Of a DNA stretch of 51,488 bases, positions 10,552-20,120 are shown one piece after another (position 1 is the first letter of the stretch; every line of letters starts with the position of its first letter). Origin of the DNA: Melioribacter roseus P3M-2 (GTDB taxonomy: Bacteria > Bacteroidota > Ignavibacteria > Kapaibacteriales > Kapaibacteriaceae); the NCBI GenBank assembly GCA_945883395.1, contig CAMCXP010000002.1, positions 1 through 51,488 on the forward strand. Direction: 5' to 3'. Made by a program: the position numbers and the translations under genes. The notes under the pieces were generated by a model that saw nothing but the letters and a program-made list of their open reading frames with translations, was not told where the DNA came from and ran no database searches.

Positions 10552-12573
10552 ATGATTCGTTTCAGTACGCCTTTCCATAGCTGTGCAATCGCTGCAACAC
10601 TGTTGTTGAGTGCCTCCGTAACGTTGGCGCAGCAGGGGCCGACGCTCCGCGAAGTCTCGATCCCGCAGGTAAACCAGTCGGTTGTTGCACGTACATCACT
10701 GCAGCCTGCAAAGCCCCTTCCAGCCATTGGCACGGAAGAAACACGTGCAGCTGTTGAGCACCCTCTCACGACGCGTCGCACCCCAAAGGTTGTTGATGCC
10801 GTGCAGAACGGACTCCCGGGCGTTGAGGCTGGATTCACGTATTACGACTTCCAGACCAACGGCGCTATGGCGAACCGCGTCGTGTACACAGCCGACGGAC
10901 CGGACAAGTACGTGCAGATGGTATGGATGGTTTCAAAGGACTCCACCCGCGACCTGACGACACGCATTCCTGGGTTCACGGGCAATTTCCGCGGCACGCA
11001 CTATACCTTCGCTGACGTTACAAACCCGGATGCCCCGGTACTTGGCATTGAGGACTGGCAAAAGGTTGAAGCGCAGCGTGCGGGATGGCCGTCGCTCGTG
11101 CAGTATGAAGACGGACTTGTCGGTACGCCATCACACACACCTGTTCGCTTCTACGGAAACTCAGGCCTTGGCGACCAGCCAATCCTCTACAAGGAAGTCA
11201 CATCACCTGCCGACTCAGCACTGTGGCCGCGTGCCGCTGTTGACGGCAATGGCACAACACACTTGATCTACAACCGCACAGTAGGCGGTGCTGCAAATCA
11301 GGCGAATGTCGTTGGATATCGTCGTTCGACTGACGGTGGCTTCACATGGAGCTCAGAAATTGTCCTGAACGGCTCAAGCTCGCCTGCCGGCGAACTCAAT
11401 GGCGGTCTCGGCGGTGACACCTATGCAGTGACGGCCCGTGGCAACAAGGTTGTCGTAGCATGGACCGAGTACGGTTGGCGCATGATGAGCTACACGTCGA
11501 CAGACGGTGGCGAAACATGGCCAGCAGAGAATGCGCGCGTGATCTATGCGCCAGACCACACAGACCTTGATTCTGGTATGACGGAGTGGGGTACGTTCAA
11601 GGTGTATACCGATTCGGTACCTGCACCAAATGGACACCTCGACGTCATTATCGACAGCGACGGCACAACGCACTACGTTATGGGCACCGTGTTGTCGGCA
11701 ATCGTGCGTAGCGATACGCTGGGCCAGCGTCAGAACATCATCTCGTTCCTCCAGGATCGTCCGTCACTCCGCGCTTCACGCATGCTGTACGCGAATCAGA
11801 ACGAGCAGAACCTCTACTTCATGGCTCCACCGAACGGTGGTGACTACGACGGTGAAGGTGTGCCTCTCAACCTCCGGTATCTCGACGGCATGAGCCGTTG
11901 GCCGCAGCTGGGTATTGATGCGCAGGACAACATTTACATGACGTACGGTTCGTTCAAGAACGGCGACGTCAAGAGCATCCTAGCCGACACAACAGGCGGG
12001 AATCAGCAGTCGGAGCCAGACACGCTTGTTACGGTGAACGCGCTCAACGGCCACATCTACGCCACATACAAGCCAAAGGGCTTCAACATCTGGTCGACAC
12101 CAACGGATCTCACACCGGACGGCGTCAATTGTCAGTATGCATCGCTGTGCGATGATGTTGTCAACGGCCGCATGTACATCGGTTATAGTGCGAGTCCGAA
12201 TCCTGGTGATCGTGTCACGAACGTCGAGACACCGGCAGATCCTGCGAAGGTGATGCTGATGGCGTTTGACATCAACAAGCTGTCGCCGGTAAATAGTGTT
12301 GAGGAGTCGGAACCGATCCTCACGCGCGCCACGATCACGCCAAATCCTGCTAATGATGTTGCAACGGTTCGTATCGAGCCTGTAACACAAGGTCGCGTAA
12401 CAGTGTCACTTATTTCAGCACTTGGTGAAACAATTATGACATCGCAAAGCCCAGTCGGCAACAGCAGCTGGGACCTCATGATTGCAACACGCGATCTTCC
12501 AGCTGGTACATATCATGTTTTGGTAGAGCAGAACGGTGCACGCACTGTTTCGCCACTTTTGGTTGTCCGCTAA
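10552..12573 (+). CDS. Secreted BNR-repeat (sialidase-fold-like) protein with T9SS C-terminal sorting domain
   Basis: GGAG lies 6 nt upstream of the ATG; signal peptide present. Two SxDxGxTW BNR motifs (STDGGFTWS, STDGGETWP). C-terminus ATITPNPANDVATVRIEP...GTYHVLVEQNGARTVSPLLVVR fits the Por-secretion tail. Confidence 0.7.
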   Translation: MIRFSTPFHSCAIAATLLLSASVTLAQQGPTLREVSIPQVNQSVVARTSLQPAKPLPAIGTEETRAAVEHPLTTRRTPKVVDAVQNGLPGVEAGFTYYDFQTNGAMANRVVYTADGPDKYVQMVWMVSKDSTRDLTTRIPGFTGNFRGTHYTFADVTNPDAPVLGIEDWQKVEAQRAGWPSLVQYEDGLVGTPSHTPVRFYGNSGLGDQPILYKEVTSPADSALWPRAAVDGNGTTHLIYNRTVGGAANQANVVGYRRSTDGGFTWSSEIVLNGSSSPAGELNGGLGGDTYAVTARGNKVVVAWTEYGWRMMSYTSTDGGETWPAENARVIYAPDHTDLDSGMTEWGTFKVYTDSVPAPNGHLDVIIDSDGTTHYVMGTVLSAIVRSDTLGQRQNIISFLQDRPSLRASRMLYANQNEQNLYFMAPPNGGDYDGEGVPLNLRYLDGMSRWPQLGIDAQDNIYMTYGSFKNGDVKSILADTTGGNQQSEPDTLVTVNALNGHIYATYKPKGFNIWSTPTDLTPDGVNCQYASLCDDVVNGRMYIGYSASPNPGDRVTNVETPADPAKVMLMAFDINKLSPVNSVEESEPILTRATITPNPANDVATVRIEPVTQGRVTVSLISALGETIMTSQSPVGNSSWDLMIATRDLPAGTYHVLVEQNGARTVSPLLVVR

Positions 12574-12613
12574 TCCAACTTCGAATTAACTACACAACGA
12601 GTCCCTCAGGAGT

Positions 12614-15600
12614 ATGCTAATGGTACGTCGGTACCTTCTTGTGGCGATCCTTCTTGCCGCGGCGACAACCGCGTCGTGGGCTGGGATCACAGGCATTCTG
12701 ACCGGTAAGGTCACAGATTCGGATGGAAAGCCGGTACCCGGTGCAACGATCCGTGTTCTCGGAACAACGCGCGGTGCCAGCGCGAAGATTGATGGTCGAT
12801 ACAACATCACCAACATCACGGCCGGTAGCTATACCGTGCGTGTAACGTCGGTGGGCTTCGACACGGCGCTTGCCAAGATTACGATCGTTGCTGACCAGAC
12901 ACTGTCCCTTAATTTCAAGCTCGAAGTTGGTGGAAAGAGGGGCAAGGAAATCCGCGTCACAGCTGATCGCGAAATGGTGCGAAGCACAGACGTTGGTTCG
13001 ACGACCGTTGTAAAGGGCGAGGACATGACGAAGATCGCGCGCGACAACGTTGCTGCTGCACTCTCGCTCAACGCTGGTATTCGTGCCTCGGGGAACAACT
13101 TCGTTGTCCGTGGATCGCGCACGACCGAAACTCAGGTGCTGGTTGATGGTTTGTTGGTGACTGACCAGTTTACAGGTGGTCTTGGTAATTCCGGAGCAAC
13201 GGTTTCGGCCGCAATGCCGAGTCCGTTTGCAACCGAACAAGTACAAGCGCAGACGGGCGGATTCGGTGCTGAGTACGGTAACGCGCTTGGTGGTATCGTC
13301 AACACAGTTGTAAAGACCGGCAAGACAGACCGTTATGAAGGTCTTGTTCGCTGGCGCAAGGACGCGCCGTTTCTCTTCGGTACTGCTGGTAACGGCGTAG
13401 AGGCCGGCTACCCGCTCGAAGACGTTGTAGACGTCACATTGGGTGGTCCACTCGGCTTTAGCAACTCGACGTTCTTCGTTGCTGTTCGCAACACATATCA
13501 GAATAACCGCAACTTCGGTCTGCAGGTGCTCGATCCGATCGGCAACAACCTCGGTATGCAGCCAAACAACCGTACATGGACGCGCAACATCACTGGACGA
13601 TTTCGTTTCCAAGTCGATGGTAACTCATCGCTCCTCGTAGGCGGTATGTACGGCGTTGTGAATGCCGAGCGAAACGGTTGGGGCTGGTTGTATGCAAACG
13701 ACCAAGGTGTTCCGACTTCGATGAACGGCAATCCAGTGGCAGCTTCAGTCGGCAATGGCGTACCAGAGCGCAATGTAAAGCAGATTGTCGTGCAGGAATT
13801 CACAACGAATGGATTTGCACAGTGGAACCAAAGTATTGGCGATAATCTCGTCTATGAAGTGCGTGGTTCGTATAACGCAAAGACAACGGAGACTGGCAAG
13901 CGAAAGACAAACAGTGCAAGCCTTGCACCGAGTCTCTTCGGCGGTTTTGACATCCACCTCCCGGAAGACAACCTTGCGTTCAACGATTCATCGTATATCA
14001 CGGGACCAAACAAAATCCTTGATGCCTACGACTATCTTCGTCAGACAGCATTTACTGAAGACGGGTATCTAAAGATTGAGACAACTAAGCGTAATCCACT
14101 GACAGGATACGTTGAGGGTCCGCCGGACTTCCAATCGACACGTAACCCATATGGTCTCTTCGGCTACTTTGCAGCCCGCGGTAACGAAGGTGGCATTGAC
14201 TTGCGTAATGCGACGTTTTATCAGCTTGATGGTAACGTTACCTATAAGGCTGATATCGGCAGCACGCAGCACGTTATGAAGGCTGGTTTCGAATTCCGTT
14301 CGCTCAATCTCAGTCGTCACTCTAACAACAACCCGTGGGACGGCGCACCATTCTATGACGTGTACGGCAGCGGATACGGTGGGAACCTATACTTTGATGT
14401 CAAGGCTGACGATCCAGCCTCTGCAGCAGCAAAGGCTGCGTCTGAAAAGCCTTACACACCGACAACGGCAGCGTTCTTCATTCAAGACCAGATCCTCTTC
14501 AAGGGTCTTGTGTTTACGCCTGGTCTTCGCATGGACTACCTCAATGCCGACGCGCTTTATCGCACGAGTTACGATGCGTTCAACCCTTTTGGAACAGACC
14601 AAGGTTTTGCGCGTGTTGATGCGAAGCTCTATCTGAGCCCACGCATCTCGATCACGTATCCGCTTACGGAGCGTCAGAACTTCCAACTCTCATACGGTAT
14701 CTACTACCAAGCTCCACCATGGGCTGATTTCTATGATTCGTTCAATGCGTTCCAGCTTCGTGGCAGCCAAGTTCTTGGCAATCCGAACATGGAAATGCAG
14801 CGTACGAACCAATATCAAGTCGCCTACAATCAGCAGCTGACAGACGACCTTGCTCTGACTGTCACGGGTTACTACAAGGACATCTACAATCAGTCGGGAC
14901 TTGCATACGTTCGCGTTGCACCAACACCGTTCTTCCAGCGTGTTCTGGCCGACTATGGGAACTCGCGCGGTGTTGAAATCACGTTCATGAAGCGCCTTTC
15001 AGATAACTGGCAGTTCAACGTGAACTATACGCTGTCGTCAGCACGTGGTACAGCAAACGCAAGCACGACAGCCGTTGGTCTTGATCCATTCACCGGCGAG
15101 CCGGCCTTCCCAGTAACAGACTTCCCACTTGACTTCGATCAGCGTAACCGCGTAAACGGTCAGATCGGTTTCAGCTGGGGTAACGACGAAGGTCCATCGA
15201 TTGCAGGCATTACGTTCCTCGAATACATCACAGTAAACCTCTCTGGATCATGGCAGTCCGGTCTGCCATACACACCGGTTGACGGGCGTGGTCAAGCTGC
15301 TGGTCAGATCAACTCGGCTCGCTTCCCGTCGAACTGGAACTCTGAGCTTCGTATCACACGGACTATTCCGTTGAATGATGTTCTTGGCGGCAATTCAGCA
15401 ATTGATCTCACGCTTGACGTGACGAACCTGCTGAACTTCACGAACGCCGTCTCATTCTACACAGCAACAGGTAGTCCAGACTTCGACGGTTTCGGATTGA
15501 ACCGTCAGCAGTCGGACTTCCCAGCTGTAACGTACTATCGTGATGCAAACCCGGGTAACAAGGTCACGATTGCGGCGAATCAATACGACCGCGTTGGTCT

Positions 15601-15760
15601 TCGCTTGTATCAGCAGCGCGTTGACTTCAACCAGGATGGTCGCGTAACACCAGAAGAAACGTACCGTGGTTATAAGGAATACGTCGACGACGTCGTTGCT
15701 CGCCGTGGTAATTATCAATTCCCGCGCACAGCGTATTTCGCTGTGGCGTTCCGATTCTAA
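12614..15760 (+). CDS. TonB-dependent-receptor-like outer-membrane barrel with N-terminal carboxypeptidase-regulatory-like domain (SusC/RagA-like layout)
   Basis: Signal peptide; CarboxypepD_reg-like LTGKVTDSDGKPVPGATIRVLGTTRGASAKIDGRYNITNITAGSYTVRVTSVGFD; plug-like NNFVVRGSRTTETQVLVDGLLVTDQ; ~800-aa barrel region ending in aromatic TAYFAVAFRF. The start could be the second ATG at 12620, which has better spacing from AGGAG. Confidence 0.8.
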   Translation: MLMVRRYLLVAILLAAATTASWAGITGILTGKVTDSDGKPVPGATIRVLGTTRGASAKIDGRYNITNITAGSYTVRVTSVGFDTALAKITIVADQTLSLNFKLEVGGKRGKEIRVTADREMVRSTDVGSTTVVKGEDMTKIARDNVAAALSLNAGIRASGNNFVVRGSRTTETQVLVDGLLVTDQFTGGLGNSGATVSAAMPSPFATEQVQAQTGGFGAEYGNALGGIVNTVVKTGKTDRYEGLVRWRKDAPFLFGTAGNGVEAGYPLEDVVDVTLGGPLGFSNSTFFVAVRNTYQNNRNFGLQVLDPIGNNLGMQPNNRTWTRNITGRFRFQVDGNSSLLVGGMYGVVNAERNGWGWLYANDQGVPTSMNGNPVAASVGNGVPERNVKQIVVQEFTTNGFAQWNQSIGDNLVYEVRGSYNAKTTETGKRKTNSASLAPSLFGGFDIHLPEDNLAFNDSSYITGPNKILDAYDYLRQTAFTEDGYLKIETTKRNPLTGYVEGPPDFQSTRNPYGLFGYFAARGNEGGIDLRNATFYQLDGNVTYKADIGSTQHVMKAGFEFRSLNLSRHSNNNPWDGAPFYDVYGSGYGGNLYFDVKADDPASAAAKAASEKPYTPTTAAFFIQDQILFKGLVFTPGLRMDYLNADALYRTSYDAFNPFGTDQGFARVDAKLYLSPRISITYPLTERQNFQLSYGIYYQAPPWADFYDSFNAFQLRGSQVLGNPNMEMQRTNQYQVAYNQQLTDDLALTVTGYYKDIYNQSGLAYVRVAPTPFFQRVLADYGNSRGVEITFMKRLSDNWQFNVNYTLSSARGTANASTTAVGLDPFTGEPAFPVTDFPLDFDQRNRVNGQIGFSWGNDEGPSIAGITFLEYITVNLSGSWQSGLPYTPVDGRGQAAGQINSARFPSNWNSELRITRTIPLNDVLGGNSAIDLTLDVTNLLNFTNAVSFYTATGSPDFDGFGLNRQQSDFPAVTYYRDANPGNKVTIAANQYDRVGLRLYQQRVDFNQDGRVTPEETYRGYKEYVDDVVARRGNYQFPRTAYFAVAFRF

Positions 15761-15776
15761 CGCGGGAGCCTCAACT

Positions 15777-18700
15777 ATGAACTTGAAGAAGAACATTGGA
15801 GATGTCATGACACAACGATGGATACTGCCAAGCGCGGTTCTTGCCATCCTTGCGATAGGCTCCGTTGCTGCGTACGCAGGAACGAACGGTACGCCACAGC
15901 GCCGCACGGAAAAGGACAAGACAAGCGAACAAGTGCAGCGTACTCCTCGAGGCGTGTTCGATCAGCAACGGAATGTTGTGTCGAACGTCGACTTCCAGAC
16001 AACCAACTATGGCATCTTCGGATTCGACGTTCGAAATGGTGTTGGTGGTACGTTCTGGCCACGTGGTCGTAACAACCAGTACATCTTTGCTGGTGGTGCG
16101 TGGTTCGGAGCGCGCAAGCGTCCGCCAGGATCAGACTCGCTACGTAAGCGTGTGTTGATTACGTACAACCCAAACTCGGGGTTGTCGTGGATGGTGCCGG
16201 GTACAATCGAGGATGGCGATCAAGTCATTACAACTGCTGACGCTGGTATCAACAAGTACCGGACGTACTTCTCAACCGATTTCAGCACAACGGATGGTAC
16301 GGATTTCTCAAATCCAACATTCCCACGTTGGCCAATCTGGGATACATCACCAAACGACACTGTCCGGTTTAATAACTACTACGGTCTTTACGTCAATAGC
16401 GTAGAGCAGCGTTTCAAGACGGATTATCCGAAAGGGCCAGCGTTCATTTCGGAAGAGGATGTGTTCGCGGTATACAAGGACACAGATCTCAACTATTACG
16501 AAGGTGGCGTTACGAAGCGTAAGGCCGACGGCTATCCTCTTGGCTTCCAAATCGAGCAGATGATCTACTCGTGGGGCTTTGGTGATTACGCAGACTTCGT
16601 GTTCCTGAAGTACATGTTCATTCACCCAACGTCTTACAAGGACACGTTGTTCGACTGTTGGATGGCCGCAGTGCAGGATGTTGATATCGCGCTTCGCACC
16701 AACCCAGTAGGGGGTGCGCAGAACGACCGTGCTCGCTTTTACGACGAAGAGCCTGGCTTGAACCTTGCTGTGCAATGGACAAACGTTGATCGTGGTGAAG
16801 CTGGTCAAGGCTTCGGCTATCTCGGCTTCAACTTCCTCGAGTCGCCAGCAATCGATGCTGAGAAGTTCATGCGCAGGGACAAGCGCCAGTTCCCAGTATC
16901 CGAGCAGCTTGGTATGCGTACGATGCGCAACTGGCCTATCACGGAAGATCCAATCGAAAACGAAGACCGCTACAACTTCATCTCGAGCCAACGTCTTGAT
17001 GGCGACCTTGGTCCTGGCGATCGCCGCCTTATGATGGCAACAGGTCCGTTCCACATGCGTCCAGGTGATTCGGCACGTATCGTTGTTGGTATCATCCTTG
17101 GTGGTACAGCAAATGGCGGAGACGCAACAGGTACAACAGAGGACATGGCTGAGCTGATCCGCAAGGTTCGTTTCGCGCAGTTCGTGTACGACAATCAGTT
17201 CCGTGCTCCAAAGCCGCCGGACCTCACGGTTATCAAGGGTGCACCACGCGGTTCTGCATCAGGTATGAACTCTTTCATGACAATTCCTGAAGAAGGGTTC
17301 CTCCCGCTTAACAATGCAATTGCCATCCAGTGGGACTCAACAGCAGAAATCTCGGTTGACACACTCGAGCGTGGTCTCGACTTTATCGGCTATCGCATCT
17401 ATCGCGCACGTCGCGTTGATCAGGATACGTTTGCAGTCGACTTCCAAGAGAACGCTCGCAAGGGTCCACTCGCATGGAAGCAGATTGGGCAGTTCGCAAT
17501 GGCGTCACCATTTGTGAAGGAAGGTGCTGCGATTGGTAACACGGGCGTTCGCATGGACCAGTTCCAAGTGATCGACGTGATTAAGCCGAATCAGCGCAAG
17601 TTCATGGTTGTTCGCTCGGTGAATCTTCAACAGGAGCCATGGGGATCGTACTTCTCACGCTTGCTCCGCGGACGTGACTCGCTCTATGGTCTTCGAATCA
17701 ACCGCTCAGACTCAACGATTATCACAACAGGATTTGTATCGGGTACGAACAATCGTGTTCCAAATTTCGACAAGATCGATTCGATCCGCTTTACGTACTT
17801 CACAACGCTCATCGAGACACTTCCACCGGTTCGTCGTCTGGGTGCAAACCTTCAGCTCGACACCATCGCAGCGAAGGTTGCGAAGGATTCGCTCGTCAAG
17901 CTCATCCTTGCACGTCGTGTGAAGATGGAACCATTCGTCTTCAACGATAAAGACACGGTGTTTTCATCGAGTGGCGCAGCTGAACTTGTCCCGACAAAGC
18001 GGCCGTGGGAAGAAACAAATGAAGTCCGCAAGGAAATCGTAGCCAAGTACATGCGCGATATCACAAGTGGTCGCGTATTCTTCGATCTCGGCGATGATGA
18101 CCGTAATGGTGTCGTGACATACTCTGCAAATCCAGAAGCAAGCGAGAAGCTGATCAACAATATCGACTACACGTATGCTGTTCGTGCATATGATGAAGGC
18201 GATTATCTTCTCCCAACGCCTCCGAAGCTGAATAACCGCTCGGTTGGTTTGCCAAATGTCGTTACAGCTACGCCACTGGCATCACGCCCAGGTAACGCTG
18301 CAGCCTTCACATTTACTACGGACGAAGCAAATCGCAAGAAGCTTGGTGGTATCTACAACGTCCGCCTTCTCGTGAACGACGAGCAGCGCTTTAACCAGCT
18401 GTTCGCAGGCCGAACGCTGGAACTGGAATTCTTCCGCTTCTGGACAGGCTTCAATCCTGTGCCGAACTCAACTGCTCCGGGTGATGGTCTCTACGGTGTT
18501 GTCTTCATTCTCCGCGATTCGTCAACACGCGAAGAACTCAACACATGGACAAGCTTCCTTCCACCGGAACTCTGCCCATCGTCGAACGTTCCTGGTCTTC
18601 CAGGCTACTTCACAGAAAACTCAGCGGTCTATGTCGATACCAATCAGGTGATGTACGACACCGTGTACAACTCTGATGGCTCAATCCGTCGTGTCGATTC

Positions 18701-20108
18701 TACGCTGTTTGGTTTGCCAGATTCACGTGAGAAGGTGATCCGCTCGGGCATGTTCACATCGGATGCTGCCTGCTTTGCGAACAAGTATGCCTTCGGTGCA
18801 CTTGGTGTAGCGTTCGATTATGCAATCGAGCAGTGGGGTGGTATCTACCGTGCAGACACAGCATTCGTTGCAAGCGGTCCAGCAGGTTATCCTGTGTCGA
18901 AAAACAACTCTGTTGCGTCGGTGTACAACAACTCGAATGAGTTGAACCCGGCACCACCGTATATCCAGCTACCGTATCCAGACTTTGTTCCTGCACAGCC
19001 GTGGGCGACGAGTTACAACAACGGACCTGGTATCTACGAAGTGACATTCAAAGAAGGTGGAACGGAATCGATTCGCACCAACTTCGAAGTTGCTGCTGGT
19101 CGTGACTCTCTTATCACCTTCAGCGATGTGCCATACCTCACGTATGACATCAAGAACGTTTACTCTTTTGAACGTCAGGATCCACGAGCCGACGGTACGC
19201 TTGGAACGGCAACGGTAGGATATGATTTCAACCTTGTGCCTCAGGTACTCGATTACGCGAAGATTCCGGCTGCGCAGTTACTGCAGTTCCCTAACCCAGA
19301 AGCTGTCCTTCTCGGCCACTTCACGGGTGCGACGTTCGGATGGCGCAACACCCGTGGCTCGGACTTCCGTCCGTCCACACTTGCACGTTTGGCTGCACAG
19401 TCAAACGATGGTAAGCCAGTGGGTGAGCAGAACCGTTACTACCTCTCACGTCGCCTCTCAACAGGCGGTGGTGATACGCTCGACTTCACAAACGTGATTG
19501 CACTCGGTGGTACGCAGTTCGTTCTGGACTTCGCACAACTCGGACGTATACGTTCGAATCGCACCATTACGGATGCTGCTCCAACACCATCGAATCCGAT
19601 CACACAGTGGGCTACGGAAGATGTTAAGCCAGGCGATAAGATTCGCCTCCTGACATTCGGTGGTGCATTCGGTTTCCCATTTGATTCGGCAAAGGCATAC
19701 ATCCGTGTTGCACAGTACGATCCGTACACAGCACAATCGAATGCTCAGTCGTATTCGGATGAACAACTCGAACAAGTTCAGGTTGTTCCGAACCCATACT
19801 ACGTTACACACGAAGGTGTTACAACGCAGTTCCAGGGTCAACTCTATTTCACCCGCTTGCCACGTGTGTGTAAGATCTCGATCTACACATCGAACGGTGA
19901 ACTCGTGAAGACGATCGATCATAACGAAACAAACGGAGTATCGCCAGACAAGGCCGGGGCCGATGTCTGGTACCTCCTCTCCAAGAACAATCAGCGCGTT
20001 GCAAGCCAGATGCTTGTTGCGAAGATCGAAACTCCGGAAGGCGCAAGCGTCGTCCGCAAGTTCACGATCATCGTAGGACCTGCACGTGTTGTTGGTGACG
20101 GACAGTAA
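15777..20108 (+). CDS. 1443-aa secreted protein of unknown function with divergent T9SS/FlgD-Ig-like C-terminal domain
   Basis: ATG 15777 is preceded by GGGAG (15765-15769). The track start 15666 would overlap the receptor gene by 95 nt. Signal peptide WILPSAVLAILAIGSVAAYAG has no lipobox Cys. C-terminus VQVVPNPYYVTHEG...KISIYTSNGELVKTIDHNE...LVAKIETPEGASVVRKFTIIV. No catalytic motif recognised. Confidence 0.75.
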   Translation: MNLKKNIGDVMTQRWILPSAVLAILAIGSVAAYAGTNGTPQRRTEKDKTSEQVQRTPRGVFDQQRNVVSNVDFQTTNYGIFGFDVRNGVGGTFWPRGRNNQYIFAGGAWFGARKRPPGSDSLRKRVLITYNPNSGLSWMVPGTIEDGDQVITTADAGINKYRTYFSTDFSTTDGTDFSNPTFPRWPIWDTSPNDTVRFNNYYGLYVNSVEQRFKTDYPKGPAFISEEDVFAVYKDTDLNYYEGGVTKRKADGYPLGFQIEQMIYSWGFGDYADFVFLKYMFIHPTSYKDTLFDCWMAAVQDVDIALRTNPVGGAQNDRARFYDEEPGLNLAVQWTNVDRGEAGQGFGYLGFNFLESPAIDAEKFMRRDKRQFPVSEQLGMRTMRNWPITEDPIENEDRYNFISSQRLDGDLGPGDRRLMMATGPFHMRPGDSARIVVGIILGGTANGGDATGTTEDMAELIRKVRFAQFVYDNQFRAPKPPDLTVIKGAPRGSASGMNSFMTIPEEGFLPLNNAIAIQWDSTAEISVDTLERGLDFIGYRIYRARRVDQDTFAVDFQENARKGPLAWKQIGQFAMASPFVKEGAAIGNTGVRMDQFQVIDVIKPNQRKFMVVRSVNLQQEPWGSYFSRLLRGRDSLYGLRINRSDSTIITTGFVSGTNNRVPNFDKIDSIRFTYFTTLIETLPPVRRLGANLQLDTIAAKVAKDSLVKLILARRVKMEPFVFNDKDTVFSSSGAAELVPTKRPWEETNEVRKEIVAKYMRDITSGRVFFDLGDDDRNGVVTYSANPEASEKLINNIDYTYAVRAYDEGDYLLPTPPKLNNRSVGLPNVVTATPLASRPGNAAAFTFTTDEANRKKLGGIYNVRLLVNDEQRFNQLFAGRTLELEFFRFWTGFNPVPNSTAPGDGLYGVVFILRDSSTREELNTWTSFLPPELCPSSNVPGLPGYFTENSAVYVDTNQVMYDTVYNSDGSIRRVDSTLFGLPDSREKVIRSGMFTSDAACFANKYAFGALGVAFDYAIEQWGGIYRADTAFVASGPAGYPVSKNNSVASVYNNSNELNPAPPYIQLPYPDFVPAQPWATSYNNGPGIYEVTFKEGGTESIRTNFEVAAGRDSLITFSDVPYLTYDIKNVYSFERQDPRADGTLGTATVGYDFNLVPQVLDYAKIPAAQLLQFPNPEAVLLGHFTGATFGWRNTRGSDFRPSTLARLAAQSNDGKPVGEQNRYYLSRRLSTGGGDTLDFTNVIALGGTQFVLDFAQLGRIRSNRTITDAAPTPSNPITQWATEDVKPGDKIRLLTFGGAFGFPFDSAKAYIRVAQYDPYTAQSNAQSYSDEQLEQVQVVPNPYYVTHEGVTTQFQGQLYFTRLPRVCKISIYTSNGELVKTIDHNETNGVSPDKAGADVWYLLSKNNQRVASQMLVAKIETPEGASVVRKFTIIVGPARVVGDGQ

Positions 20109-20120
20109 GGGAGGGACACA

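Noticed and set aside
12617-13612. Long antisense ORFs inside large genes: 331 aa at 12617-13612, 235 aa at 16347-17054, 299 aa at 49523-50422, 202 aa at 39873-40481, 186 aa at 40605-41165, 170 aa at 36705-37217, 171 aa at 46693-47208.
   Set aside because: Each lies entirely opposite a gene with strong family motifs. Their translations are Arg/Cys/His-rich with no motifs or signal sequences, which is typical of stop-poor shadow frames in moderately GC-rich DNA.
15666-15776. Longest-ORF 5' extensions in the track (15666, 4483, 23535, 33370, 36310, 38132, 41614, 43795, 49136, 32484).
   Set aside because: Each extension overlaps the preceding gene or a terminator stem. Each also lacks conserved sequence, while an internal start restores the expected N-terminus (signal peptide, Met-Cys, family N-terminal box).
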